A stretch of 64,000 nucleotides of DNA from a virus, in IMG/VR virus record IMGVR_UViG_3300017731_000001; one strand, given 5' to 3'. How positions within the stretch are numbered: position 1 is the first letter of the stretch; each line of letters begins with the position of its first letter. The position numbers and the translations under genes are program-made. The notes below the pieces were generated by a model. It was not told the origin of the DNA. It did no database searches and saw nothing but the letters and a program-made list of their open reading frames with translations. Below, in pieces: positions 48,875-58,520 of this stretch.

Positions 48875-49149
48875 TGAAAGACTTTAATAAGTTTATTGAG
48901 GAGGCAGCATCAAAGAGATGTCCCTTAGGTCAATACTATTGCTATACAGATAAAAAATGTAAGCAAATTCCCAAAGGATATAAGATGGTGGGTCCTGCTG
49001 GATATCTCCGTAAAGAAAACGGACATTCGGTAGATGATAGTGGTGATAGTGAAAGTAATAAAAATGGCAATGGTGGAAATGGAAATGGTGGCAATGGTAA
49101 TGGTGGAGGCAACGGTGGCGGAAATGGTGGCGGTGGTAATGGAGGATAA
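48874..49149 (+). CDS. Small Cys-motif protein with GNG tail; possible internal head protein
   Basis: N-terminal MKDFNKFIEEA, CP..QYYC..DKKC and C-terminal (GNG)n. Confidence 0.7.
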   Translation: MKDFNKFIEEAASKRCPLGQYYCYTDKKCKQIPKGYKMVGPAGYLRKENGHSVDDSGDSESNKNGNGGNGNGGNGNGGGNGGGNGGGGNGG

Positions 49150-49151
49150 TA

Positions 49152-49703
49152 ATGGCCAGAGCATTTGACAATCAAATACAAAACAGGAACTTTTTAGCAC
49201 CTGTTGGATTTAAATTTACCTTGGCAAAAGAACCTAAGATTTCTTTTTTCTGTAACTCAGCAAGAATACCTGAAATAACACTAGGAAATTCTGTTCAACC
49301 GACATATCTCAAGGACATTGACATCCCTGGAGAGAAATTAACTTATGGTGATTTTTCTTTAAGATTTTTAGTTGATGAAAATCTTGAAAATTATATGAAG
49401 ATGCACAACTGGTTAACTGGACTTGGATTTCCAGAAACCCCCCAACAGTTTAAAACTTTAACAACTGATGAAATTTCGGGTGAAGGAGCACTCGATCAAC
49501 AGTTTAGCGATGCAAGTCTTCATATTTTGAATAGTAATTATAGAGATGTTGCTATTGTAAAATTTAGAGATTTGTTTCCGGTTTCTCTTTCGTCCTTGGA
49601 ATTTGATGCATCAGAAGCAGATATTCAATATTTTACGGCAGATGTCACATTTAAATATACAATATATGATATACTAGGAGCAGACGGAAGAACACCTTTA
49701 TAA
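49152..49703 (+). CDS. gp3: Tail completion protein gp3
   Basis: NFL.P.GFKF and PG.KLTYG..SLRFLVDENLENY; cyanophage order gp23-gp3-uvsY-uvsW. Confidence 0.85.
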   Translation: MARAFDNQIQNRNFLAPVGFKFTLAKEPKISFFCNSARIPEITLGNSVQPTYLKDIDIPGEKLTYGDFSLRFLVDENLENYMKMHNWLTGLGFPETPQQFKTLTTDEISGEGALDQQFSDASLHILNSNYRDVAIVKFRDLFPVSLSSLEFDASEADIQYFTADVTFKYTIYDILGADGRTPL

Positions 49704-49720
49704 CCATTTGATTTTTTATT

Positions 49721-50152
49721 ATGGACCTTGATAAAATTCAATTAATGTGGGAAAATGATTCAGTCATTGATCCAGACAATCTTCATGACGAAAGTTTAAA
49801 GATTCCTCAATTACATTGTAAATATTATACCATCTACAATACAATTACTCTGTTGAGAGAAAGAGCAAGAGACTCTTATAACAAAGTAAAGTTAGAAAGA
49901 TACAATTACTATACCGGGAAAGCACCAGCAGAGGTATATGCCGAAGAACCATTTCCTTATAAAGTAAGAGAGAAAGATGCCATCCAAAGATATATTGAAG
50001 CAGATGAAAAATTAACTAAGTTTGACCTTAAGATTAGATATTATGATACAACACTTAAGTTTTTAGAAGAAATTATTAAAACAGTTTCTAATAGAACCTT
50101 TCAAATTAAAAACGCAATTGAATGGCATAAGTTTCAATCCGGATTCAATTAA
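49721..50152 (+). CDS. uvsY: Recombination mediator UvsY
   Basis: IPQLH.KY, YYTGKA and R.FQIKNAIEW.KF.SG. Confidence 0.92.
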   Translation: MDLDKIQLMWENDSVIDPDNLHDESLKIPQLHCKYYTIYNTITLLRERARDSYNKVKLERYNYYTGKAPAEVYAEEPFPYKVREKDAIQRYIEADEKLTKFDLKIRYYDTTLKFLEEIIKTVSNRTFQIKNAIEWHKFQSGFN

Positions 50153-50156
50153 GGTC

Positions 50157-50164
50157 TATAAATA
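50157..50164 (+). promoter_or_regulatory. T4-type late promoter
   Basis: TATAAATA upstream of uvsW. Confidence 0.75.
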
Positions 50165-50185
50165 TTTTTATATTGATCTAGATGA

Positions 50186-51652
50186 ATGTCACATTTGATT
50201 ATATCAAAGAAGAATGAAGTATATCTTCATGTCGATTCTGAGGTCCATATTCATTATGAATTAGCAGATCAATTTACATTTGAAGTACCTGGTGCTCAAT
50301 TTTCTCCATCTTATAAGAAGAAATATTGGGATGGAAAAATTCGTTTATTTAATATTCAAACTAAGGAAATATATATTGGTCTTCTAGATCGCATCGTTCA
50401 ATTTTGTAAGGATCACGGATACACTTACGAATTTAAAGATAATAAGTATTACGGATTGCCATTTGAAATTAATGATGGCATATCCAAAGAAGGTGTTAAA
50501 GATTACGTAACTGCAATATCAAAATACAAACCTAGAGATTACCAGATAGAAGGTGTATACGACGCCTTAAGACATAATCGTAAGTTGCTAATATCTCCAA
50601 CTGCTTCTGGAAAGTCTTTGATGATATATTCTCTCGTGAGATACTATGTTGAGAAGCGACAAAATATCTTGATAGTTGTTCCGACGACTTCGCTAGTAGA
50701 GCAGATGTATAAAGATTTTGAAGATTATGGGTGGAATGTGGGTTCATATTGCCACAAAATCTATGCCGGAAAGGAAAGAGAAACTGATTCTCAAGTGATT
50801 ATAACAACTTGGCAGTCTATCTATAAATTGCCAAGACAGTATTTCTCTAGATTTAATGTGGTTATTGGAGATGAAGCACATCAATTCAAAAGTAAATCAT
50901 TAATATCCATAATGACAAAACTTGCTGATGCCAAATATAGATTTGGATTTACAGGAACTCTTGATGGATCTCAAACTCATAAGTGGGTGTTAGAAGGATT
51001 GTTTGGTCCTTCATATAAAATTATTAAAACTGACGAATTAATGAGTAAGGGGCATTTGGCTAAACTGGATATTAATGTAATTCTACTGAAGCACTTACCG
51101 AATAAATTTGAAACTTATGAGGATGAAGTCCAGTATATCATAGGTCATGAACGAAGGAATAGGTTCATTAAAAATCTAGCACTTGATCTAAAAGGAAATA
51201 CTTTAATACTTTTTGCAAGAGTCGAAGGTCATGGTCAACCGCTATATGAATTAATAAATAATAGTAACTTGATTGAAAATCGTCATGTGTTTTTTGTTCA
51301 TGGTGGTGTTGCCACTGAGGACAGAGAAAAAGTGAGAGAGATTACCGAAAAAGAAACTGGTGCAATTATTGTAGCATCTTATGGAACTTTCTCCACAGGA
51401 ATTAATATTAAAAACCTTCATAACGTCATTTTTGCTTCTCCATCTAAGTCAAGAATTAGAAATTTACAGTCAATAGGAAGAGTCCTCAGAAAGGGCGATA
51501 AAAAAACAAAAGCAACTTTATATGATATTGCCGATGATATCAGTTACAAGTCCAGAAAAAATTATACATTAAATCACTTGATTGAAAGAATTAAAATTTA
51601 TAACGAAGAAAATTTTAATTATGATATTGTAAACATACCGCTTAAAAACTAA
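50186..51652 (+). CDS. uvsW: SF2 helicase UvsW
   Basis: WDGKIRLF, PTASGKS, DEAH and QSIGRVLR. Confidence 0.96.
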   Translation: MSHLIISKKNEVYLHVDSEVHIHYELADQFTFEVPGAQFSPSYKKKYWDGKIRLFNIQTKEIYIGLLDRIVQFCKDHGYTYEFKDNKYYGLPFEINDGISKEGVKDYVTAISKYKPRDYQIEGVYDALRHNRKLLISPTASGKSLMIYSLVRYYVEKRQNILIVVPTTSLVEQMYKDFEDYGWNVGSYCHKIYAGKERETDSQVIITTWQSIYKLPRQYFSRFNVVIGDEAHQFKSKSLISIMTKLADAKYRFGFTGTLDGSQTHKWVLEGLFGPSYKIIKTDELMSKGHLAKLDINVILLKHLPNKFETYEDEVQYIIGHERRNRFIKNLALDLKGNTLILFARVEGHGQPLYELINNSNLIENRHVFFVHGGVATEDREKVREITEKETGAIIVASYGTFSTGINIKNLHNVIFASPSKSRIRNLQSIGRVLRKGDKKTKATLYDIADDISYKSRKNYTLNHLIERIKIYNEENFNYDIVNIPLKN

Positions 51653-52080
51653 TGGGTGAAGAATTCTATTCAATAATAAAACTAGTATCAGGAGAAGAAA
51701 TATTTTCTCTCATCTCAATTGAAGATGAAGAGGACCCAACAATCATTCTTCAAAATCCTGTAATTATGAAGTTAATTCATCATAAATCAGGAATGCATGT
51801 CAAGATAAAACAATGGATTGATTTATCTGATGAAGATATTTTTATAATTAAATCTGATAAAATCATTACAATGACAGAAAGTAATGATCAGAAACTAATT
51901 GGAATTTATAATGACTTTGTTGAAGAGTCTGATGATGAAAATATTGATCTTGGGAATCCGGATAGTTTCTACACTAGACCATCTACTAAAATGGGATACA
52001 TATCTTCTGTTGAAAAGGCAAGAAAGGAGTTAGAAGATATATTCAATAAAGAAATTCAAGAAAATCAATCTCCTGAATAA
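51652..52080 (+). CDS. Sm-like fold hypothetical protein
   Basis: IKLVSGEEI N-terminus; conserved position between uvsW and gp55. Confidence 0.65.
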   Translation: MGEEFYSIIKLVSGEEIFSLISIEDEEDPTIILQNPVIMKLIHHKSGMHVKIKQWIDLSDEDIFIIKSDKIITMTESNDQKLIGIYNDFVEESDDENIDLGNPDSFYTRPSTKMGYISSVEKARKELEDIFNKEIQENQSPE

Positions 52081-52117
52081 TAGCTAGCTAGAACTTATCT
52101 TTAACGGGGACAAACCT

Positions 52118-52167
52118 AGTCTACATGTGATTACCAATCTTGTCAAGCTTTAAAAGTATGCTATAAT
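52118..52167. promoter_or_regulatory. Overlapping divergent sigma70 promoters before gp55
   Basis: Plus strand TTGTCA-16bp-TATAAT with TG extension; minus strand TTGACA-17bp-TAGACT. Confidence 0.6.
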
Positions 52168-52207
52168 AATATTAATAATATTAATAAAGGCGAGGAAACT
52201 CAATGCT

Positions 52208-52723
52208 ATGCCTAAGAAAAAACCAGAACATTACGTAAATAACAAAGAGTTGCTAGAAGCAATGATTGTCTATCGCACCAAAGTTGGTATTGCGAGAGAA
52301 AAATTTATTGAGAAATATGATAAAGATCCACCAAAGTCCGGGGCATGGGAAGGCAAACCCAGAATTCCTAATTATCTTGGCGAATGTTTTTTAAAGATTG
52401 CAACTCATCTTTCATATAAACCAAACTTTGTGAATTACATGTTCCGTGAGGATATGATTTCTGATGGTATTGAAAACTGCGTTCAATACATCCATAATTT
52501 TAATCCAGAGAAATCTCAAAATCCCTTTGCCTATTTTACTCAAATTATTCACTATGCTTTCTTGAGAAGAATTCAAAAAGAGAAAAAGCAATTAGAAATC
52601 AAAACAAAGATTATTGAACGCACAGGATTTGATGAAGTCATGGTTATTGACAACAATGAACTTTCGGGTAATAATGCTGAGTATAATTCCATAAAAGATA
52701 ACATTCAATATCGTAACCGATAA
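52208..52723 (+). CDS. gp55: Late transcription sigma factor gp55
   Basis: HYVNNKE, PNFVNY..REDMISDGIENC and NPFAYFTQI...AFLRRI.KEK. Confidence 0.96.
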   Translation: MPKKKPEHYVNNKELLEAMIVYRTKVGIAREKFIEKYDKDPPKSGAWEGKPRIPNYLGECFLKIATHLSYKPNFVNYMFREDMISDGIENCVQYIHNFNPEKSQNPFAYFTQIIHYAFLRRIQKEKKQLEIKTKIIERTGFDEVMVIDNNELSGNNAEYNSIKDNIQYRNR

Positions 52724-52729
52724 AAAATT

Positions 52730-53014
52730 ATGAAAGATTATTCACGATATCTTGAGTTATATCAAATTGATGAACTCAAAGATCTCTTTGACAAATATGG
52801 ATGGGAAGAATCTGACAATATTGTCGTTGAGATGGCTGGCACTCAAGTTTCTGGTATTGATGTAGGCGAGGAGTATAATAAGAAGTGGCAGTCTCCTATT
52901 GGCACTCGTAAATATAACAAAGATGCATTCATTGTTATCAAAAACCTTTCTCGTGATCCCGTTGTATCTTCTAAACCAATGGACCGGGAGCATACTCCAC
53001 ATCATTCCAAATGA
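52730..53014 (+). CDS. Hypothetical protein
   Basis: Intact ORF coupled to gp47. Confidence 0.7.
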   Translation: MKDYSRYLELYQIDELKDLFDKYGWEESDNIVVEMAGTQVSGIDVGEEYNKKWQSPIGTRKYNKDAFIVIKNLSRDPVVSSKPMDREHTPHHSK

Positions 53015-54045
53015 AAATAGCAATCATTACAGATACTCATTATGGTGCTAGAAAGGGTTCTAAGCACCTTCATGACTACTTTGAGAAGTTCTATGATGAT
53101 GTGTTCTTTCCGACCTTAGAGGAGCAAGGAATCACAACTGTGGTTCACATGGGTGATGCTTTTGATAGTCGCAAGTCAATTGATTATCAAAGTCTTGAAT
53201 GGTCGAAGAGAGTTGTGTTTGAGAGACTCAAAAACTACGATGTTCACATGATTGTAGGAAATCATGATTGTTATTATAAGAATACCAATAATGTAAACTC
53301 TCCAGAACTTCTTCTACAGACTTATAATAATATTAAAACTTACAATAAAGTCACTGAAGTATTTCTAGATAAAACTAAAGTATTGTTTATTCCTTGGATC
53401 AATGCAGAAAACTTTGAGAATACTGTCAAGGTTGTCAAAACTACTGATAGCATATGTGCGATGGGGCACCTTGAGCTCAACGGATTCAGAGCGCATCGTG
53501 GACACGTCATGGAAGATGGTATGGCGTGCGACTTATTTGACAAGTTCGACAAAGTGTTTTCAGGACACTACCATACACGGTCAGACAACGGAAAAATCTT
53601 CTACTTAGGAAATCCTTATGAGATGTTCTGGAATGATGTGAATGATACAAGAGGATTTCATATCTTTGATACGGATACCCTCACTCATACCCCAGTTAAT
53701 AATCCTTATAAATTATTTTATAATATCTATTATGAGGATACTAATCATAAACTCTTCAATGCAACTGAATACGAGAACAAGATTGTAAAGGTTATTGTTC
53801 GTAAAAAAACAAAACCCAAAGATTTTGAAAAGTTTATTGATAAGTTGTATTCTATTGGCGTCCAAGATCTAAAAATCATTGAAAACTTTGATATTCAAGA
53901 AAATGAAGATTTTGAAATAGGAGAGGAAGAAAATACTCTTTCAATTCTAAGTCGTTATATTGATGAATCTGAAACACAATATGATAAAAATATTATTAAA
54001 AATATTTTTCAAGAACTCTATAAACAAGCTTGCGAGGTAGAATAA
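53011..54045 (+). CDS. gp47: Recombination endonuclease subunit gp47 (Mre11/SbcD-like)
   Basis: DTHYG, GD.FD.R, GNHD and SGHYH phosphoesterase motifs. Confidence 0.95.
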   Translation: MKIAIITDTHYGARKGSKHLHDYFEKFYDDVFFPTLEEQGITTVVHMGDAFDSRKSIDYQSLEWSKRVVFERLKNYDVHMIVGNHDCYYKNTNNVNSPELLLQTYNNIKTYNKVTEVFLDKTKVLFIPWINAENFENTVKVVKTTDSICAMGHLELNGFRAHRGHVMEDGMACDLFDKFDKVFSGHYHTRSDNGKIFYLGNPYEMFWNDVNDTRGFHIFDTDTLTHTPVNNPYKLFYNIYYEDTNHKLFNATEYENKIVKVIVRKKTKPKDFEKFIDKLYSIGVQDLKIIENFDIQENEDFEIGEEENTLSILSRYIDESETQYDKNIIKNIFQELYKQACEVE

Positions 54046-54046
54046 A

Positions 54047-54313
54047 ATGTATCTCCTCACTCTCAAAGAAAGTAAAGATGAGGGTGCTTATGCCGTGCAG
54101 GATAAGTATGGAGATAAGGTTCTTTTTCTTTTTGAGGAGGAAGATGATGCCGTTCGTTATGCTATGATGCTTGAAGAGCAAGAAGAACAAACTATGGATG
54201 TTGTTGAGGTTGACGATGAACTTGCTATAAAAACTTGTAAAATACACAGTTACAAATATACTGTAATTACTTCTGATGACATTGTGATTCCCCCCAAGAA
54301 TGATAACTTTTAA
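54047..54313 (+). CDS. Hypothetical protein (DUF3110-like)
   Basis: LFEEEDDAVRYAMML motif; between gp47 and gp46. Confidence 0.7.
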   Translation: MYLLTLKESKDEGAYAVQDKYGDKVLFLFEEEDDAVRYAMMLEEQEEQTMDVVEVDDELAIKTCKIHSYKYTVITSDDIVIPPKNDNF

Positions 54314-56012
54314 AAATATTAAGTACAAGAATTTTTTAAGTACTGGAAATAATTGGACTGAGATTGACTTTCAACAATATAATACAAACCTCATCATTGG
54401 AACGAATGGTGCGGGAAAAAGTTCTATGTTGGATGCACTTACCTTTGTATTGTTTAATAAACCATTTCGCAAAATTAATAAACCACAACTAATCAATACC
54501 ACAAATGAGAGGGATTGTTTGGTTGAGATTGAGTTCTCTGTGAATAGTCGTGATTATTTGGTTCGTCGTGGAATTAAACCAAATGTATTTGATATTGAGG
54601 TGAATGGTAATCCACTTCATAAGGAAGCAGATGATCGTGCCAATCAACGCATTCTTGAAGAGAGTATTCTCAAGGTAAATTATAAGTCATTTACACAAAT
54701 TGTAATCTTAGGTAGCAGCACCTTTGTGCCTTTCATGCAACTCACAACTTCTAATCGTCGTGAAGTGATTGAAGATTTGTTAGACATTCGCATCTTCTCT
54801 GCGATGAATAATTTGGTTAAAGAAAAACTTAGGATAATGAGGGATCAATCCAAATCTTTAGATCTGAAAAAAGATAATGTCAGAGATAAGATTGGGATGC
54901 AGGAAAACTTTATTAGCGAACTTGAAGAAAGGGGAAATGCCAATATAAATGCAAACCAAGAAAAAATTAATTCTTTGGATGCAGAAGTTCTTTCCTATAT
55001 GAAAGAGAATTCTATCCTTGAAGAAAATGTATTTAAGTTTATTAAGGAACAAGAAACTGTCATTGGAGCAGGAGAAAAATTAGTAAAACTAAACAATCTT
55101 AAAGGAAAACTCTCTCAAAAAGTAGGCACAATTACCAAAGAACATAAGTTTTTCACCGAAAATACGGTTTGTCCTACTTGCACTCAGGACATAGAAGAGG
55201 AGTTTAGGTTAAATAAGATTGTAGACGTTCAAAATAGAGCAAAAGAACTTCAGAGTGGTTATCAAGAACTGGAAACCACCATTAAGTTTGAACAAGAAAA
55301 AGAACGTCAATTCAACTCACTATCTAAGGAGATTACTAAACTCAATAATGGCATTTCTCAAAACAATACTAGAGTATCTGGATGTCAACGACAAATCCGA
55401 GATTTGGAATCGGAAATTCAGAGACTTACCCAGCAAGTTGCAAATAGAAATACTGAACATGAGAAGTTAGCAGAGTTTAAAGTAACCCTCCAAAATACAA
55501 TTGAAGACCTGTCTGATAAAAGGATTGAAATGTCAAATTATGACTTTGCATATTCATTGCTTAAAGATGACGGTGTAAAAACAAAAATCATTAAAAAATA
55601 TATTCCTTTCATTAATCAACAGGTTAATCGTTATCTGCAGATGATGGATTTCTATATTAACTTCAATTTGGATGGTGAATTTAATGAGACAGTAAAATCG
55701 CCAATTCATGAAGATTTTTCTTATGCTTCTTTCAGTGAGGGTGAGAAAATGAGAATTGATCTAGCACTTCTTTTCACATGGAGAGAAGTTGCCCGTGTTA
55801 AGAATTCTGTAAATACGAATCTTTTAATTATGGACGAAGTATTTGATTCTTCACTTGATGGATTTGGCACAGAAGAATTTCTTAAAATTATTAAATATGT
55901 CATTAAGGGTGCTAACATTTTTGTAATATCTCATAAATCAGATTTGCATGATAAATTTGACAATGTAATAAAATTTGATAAGATAAAGGGGTTCAGTAGA
56001 AAGGTATCATGA
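54300..56012 (+). CDS. gp46: Recombination ATPase gp46 (Rad50/SbcC-like)
   Basis: GTNGAGKS, zinc hook CPTC, FSEGEK, DEVFD and ISH. Confidence 0.96.
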   Translation: MITFKNIKYKNFLSTGNNWTEIDFQQYNTNLIIGTNGAGKSSMLDALTFVLFNKPFRKINKPQLINTTNERDCLVEIEFSVNSRDYLVRRGIKPNVFDIEVNGNPLHKEADDRANQRILEESILKVNYKSFTQIVILGSSTFVPFMQLTTSNRREVIEDLLDIRIFSAMNNLVKEKLRIMRDQSKSLDLKKDNVRDKIGMQENFISELEERGNANINANQEKINSLDAEVLSYMKENSILEENVFKFIKEQETVIGAGEKLVKLNNLKGKLSQKVGTITKEHKFFTENTVCPTCTQDIEEEFRLNKIVDVQNRAKELQSGYQELETTIKFEQEKERQFNSLSKEITKLNNGISQNNTRVSGCQRQIRDLESEIQRLTQQVANRNTEHEKLAEFKVTLQNTIEDLSDKRIEMSNYDFAYSLLKDDGVKTKIIKKYIPFINQQVNRYLQMMDFYINFNLDGEFNETVKSPIHEDFSYASFSEGEKMRIDLALLFTWREVARVKNSVNTNLLIMDEVFDSSLDGFGTEEFLKIIKYVIKGANIFVISHKSDLHDKFDNVIKFDKIKGFSRKVS

Positions 56013-56167
56013 ACTGGAGAGAAGAATATAAGAAGATGAAGAAACTGTCTTTGAGGGAAATGGAACTTCTCAAAAACGGACCAGATAGTCTGGCATCTTC
56101 TTGGAGACTTCAATCCATGTATAATAACTGGAAACGTATCAAAGGTATTTCTGATGACAACACCTAA
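56009..56167 (+). CDS. 52-aa hypothetical protein (not in ORF track)
   Basis: MNWREEYKKM...LLKNGPDSLASSWRLQSMYNNWKRIKG; ATGA overlap with gp46. Confidence 0.65.
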   Translation: MNWREEYKKMKKLSLREMELLKNGPDSLASSWRLQSMYNNWKRIKGISDDNT

Positions 56168-56345
56168 TTGGCAACATCACTCCAAGAAAGAACGGAAACG
56201 TACTCTCAAACCTCAGGCACTGAGGTCTAGTAGAGAAGCACTCAGACAATTTAAGAAGTGTCACATGAACCCGTTCAAGAAGCGGGTTTCGTCGTATTAT
56301 GAGTCCATACGAACGAACTTCAATGACCGTTTCTCACGAGATTAA
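56154..56345 (+). CDS. Small basic hypothetical protein
   Basis: PNWQHHSKKE.KR.LKPQALR motif; 3' end overlaps the promoter element. Confidence 0.6.
   Translation: MTTPNWQHHSKKERKRTLKPQALRSSREALRQFKKCHMNPFKKRVSSYYESIRTNFNDRFSRD
56244..56300 (+). promoter_or_regulatory. Early operator/promoter element
   Basis: GACAAT-N6-AGTGTCAC, hairpin AACCCG/CGGGTT and -10 TATTAT. Confidence 0.65.
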
Positions 56346-58437
56346 ATCTCAACTGGCCAAACTACTGGCAACCGAAGATTTAATTGTAGAGCACAAGAAT
56401 GTTGAAACTGCTTGCTTCAACGTCCATACTCGGGTTCTGACGCTTCCAATGTGGGAAAAGGCAAGTAATAGTGTTTATGATATGTTAGTGGGTCATGAGG
56501 TGGGACATGCACTTTATACGCCTGATAGAGATTGGTTTTTGGAACTAAAGATTCCTCCACAGTTTGTGAATGTGGTTGAAGATGTCCGCATTGAAAAACT
56601 TATAAAACGTAGGTATGCGGGTATTGGCAAAACATTCTATCGTGGTTACCAGGAACTTGCCGATCAAGATTTTTTTCAGATTGCTAATGAAAATGTCAAT
56701 CTTATGAATCTTGCTGACAAAGCAAATCTATATTTTAAGATTGGAAATTTTACGAACATTTCTTTTACTGAAGAGGAGATGGCAATCATTCGCATAATTG
56801 ATGGTTGTGAGGATTTTGATGATACTCTATTTGCAGCAGAGGTTCTGTATAAATTTTGTAAAAAAGAACAAGAAAAAGAACAAGATACTAATATTGATAA
56901 TCAAAATGGTCAACAATCTGATGATGGAGATTCTACTGAAGAATCTGAATCCGGAGATTCCGAAGAAGGAGATTCGGCAGACTTAGAAACTCCTTCATAT
57001 GAGCAGAAGGGGGGAGATGTTGGTAATGAAACTTTGAATGATGAACCAGAAGTCTCTACTGCAACTAATCTAGAAGATGCACTTAAACAACTCATAGATC
57101 ATAGTGGATTTGAAAATGTCTATTTGGAGTTTCCTAAACTTGACTTAAAAAAAGTTGTCGTTCCCAATTCTAAGATTCATGAACTTTGTGCAGAGAACTG
57201 GAAATCTTATGCGGAAAACGAGAATGAATATGGAAAATCATTTCCATTAAGTTTCAGTATTTCTAAGGTCGATCAACAATATTCTAAATTCAAACGTTCT
57301 GCTCAGAAAGAAGTTAGTTATTTGGTAAAGGAGTTTGAATGTAAGAAAGCAGCAGATGCTTATTCTCGTGCTTCTACATCTCGCACTGGCATTTTAGATT
57401 GCTCTAAACTTCATACCTACAAATATAACGAAGACCTCTTTAAAAAAATTACTACCATTCCCGATGGTAAAAATCATGGTCTGGTATTTGTTCTGGATTG
57501 GAGTGGTTCTATGGGTAATGTTTTACTTGATACTATGAAACAACTTTTTAATCTGGTTTGGTTTTGTAAGAAAGTAAATATTCCATTTGAAGTGTATGCA
57601 TTCACTAATGATTATCCTTTAATGGATGAGGTAACAGGTCATAGGGAAATTTCTTATGAGAAAAAACCTGGTCTTGTTTATGTTCCTGAATGGTTTTCTA
57701 TGATGAATTTTCTTACCAGTAAGGTAAATGGAAAAGTTCTAGATGAGCAAATGAAAAATATTTTCAGAATTGCATATAGTCATGATTATCATTGTTCTTT
57801 TAGAGCTCCTGTTGGTTTGGGACTCTCTGGAACTCCCTTGAATGAGGCAATGATTTCTCTCCATCAAATCCTACCAAAATTTAAAGAAGAGCATAAACTT
57901 CAAAAAGTTCAGTGTGTCGTTTTGACTGATGGAGAGGGATGTTCTTTAAGATATCATCGTCAGATTGATCGCGGATATGTCGATGGTCCTTTTCTTGGGA
58001 CTGGTACTATTGGACATAGGTGCGTTTTGAGAGATAGGGGAACTGGAAATACATATACCTTCAGTGATGAATGGGACGAAATGACTGATGTTCTTCTTCG
58101 CAACCTAAGGGATAATTTTGTTGATATAAATTTCATCGGTATTCGTATTCTTCAATCCCGTGATGCCAAATCGTTTATGCGTAAGTACTATAAATTTTAT
58201 TCTGAGGAATTTCGTAAACTAGAAAGTGTATGGAAAAAAAGAAAATCTTTTACAATTAAAACTTCTGGATATCACAGTTATTTTGGTTTATCATCTTCTG
58301 CCTTAAATAGTGATGATGAATTTGAAGTGAATGAAGACGCAACCAAAACTCAGATTAAGAGTGCGTTTGCAAAATCTCTCAACTCCAAAAAAATGAATAA
58401 GAAGATTCTTGGTGAGTTTATTTCTTTGGTGGCATAA
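56323..58437 (+). CDS. Metallopeptidase-like plus VWA domain protein (CobT-like partner)
   Basis: HEVGH zincin motif, acidic linker, MIDAS DWSGS, GTPL and LTDGE. Confidence 0.85.
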   Translation: MTVSHEIKSQLAKLLATEDLIVEHKNVETACFNVHTRVLTLPMWEKASNSVYDMLVGHEVGHALYTPDRDWFLELKIPPQFVNVVEDVRIEKLIKRRYAGIGKTFYRGYQELADQDFFQIANENVNLMNLADKANLYFKIGNFTNISFTEEEMAIIRIIDGCEDFDDTLFAAEVLYKFCKKEQEKEQDTNIDNQNGQQSDDGDSTEESESGDSEEGDSADLETPSYEQKGGDVGNETLNDEPEVSTATNLEDALKQLIDHSGFENVYLEFPKLDLKKVVVPNSKIHELCAENWKSYAENENEYGKSFPLSFSISKVDQQYSKFKRSAQKEVSYLVKEFECKKAADAYSRASTSRTGILDCSKLHTYKYNEDLFKKITTIPDGKNHGLVFVLDWSGSMGNVLLDTMKQLFNLVWFCKKVNIPFEVYAFTNDYPLMDEVTGHREISYEKKPGLVYVPEWFSMMNFLTSKVNGKVLDEQMKNIFRIAYSHDYHCSFRAPVGLGLSGTPLNEAMISLHQILPKFKEEHKLQKVQCVVLTDGEGCSLRYHRQIDRGYVDGPFLGTGTIGHRCVLRDRGTGNTYTFSDEWDEMTDVLLRNLRDNFVDINFIGIRILQSRDAKSFMRKYYKFYSEEFRKLESVWKKRKSFTIKTSGYHSYFGLSSSALNSDDEFEVNEDATKTQIKSAFAKSLNSKKMNKKILGEFISLVA

Positions 58438-58441
58438 CCAT

Positions 58442-58496
58442 AGACACTTAATTAAGTGTCTGTCAAATGAAATTCAAAGCAATTTTCGACTATAAT
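58442..58496 (+). promoter_or_regulatory. Early operator/promoter element
   Basis: Perfect 20-bp palindrome AGACACTTAATTAAGTGTCT and TATAAT at 58491. Confidence 0.7.
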
Positions 58497-58520
58497 AACT
58501 TCAGTCAAACAAAACAACCA

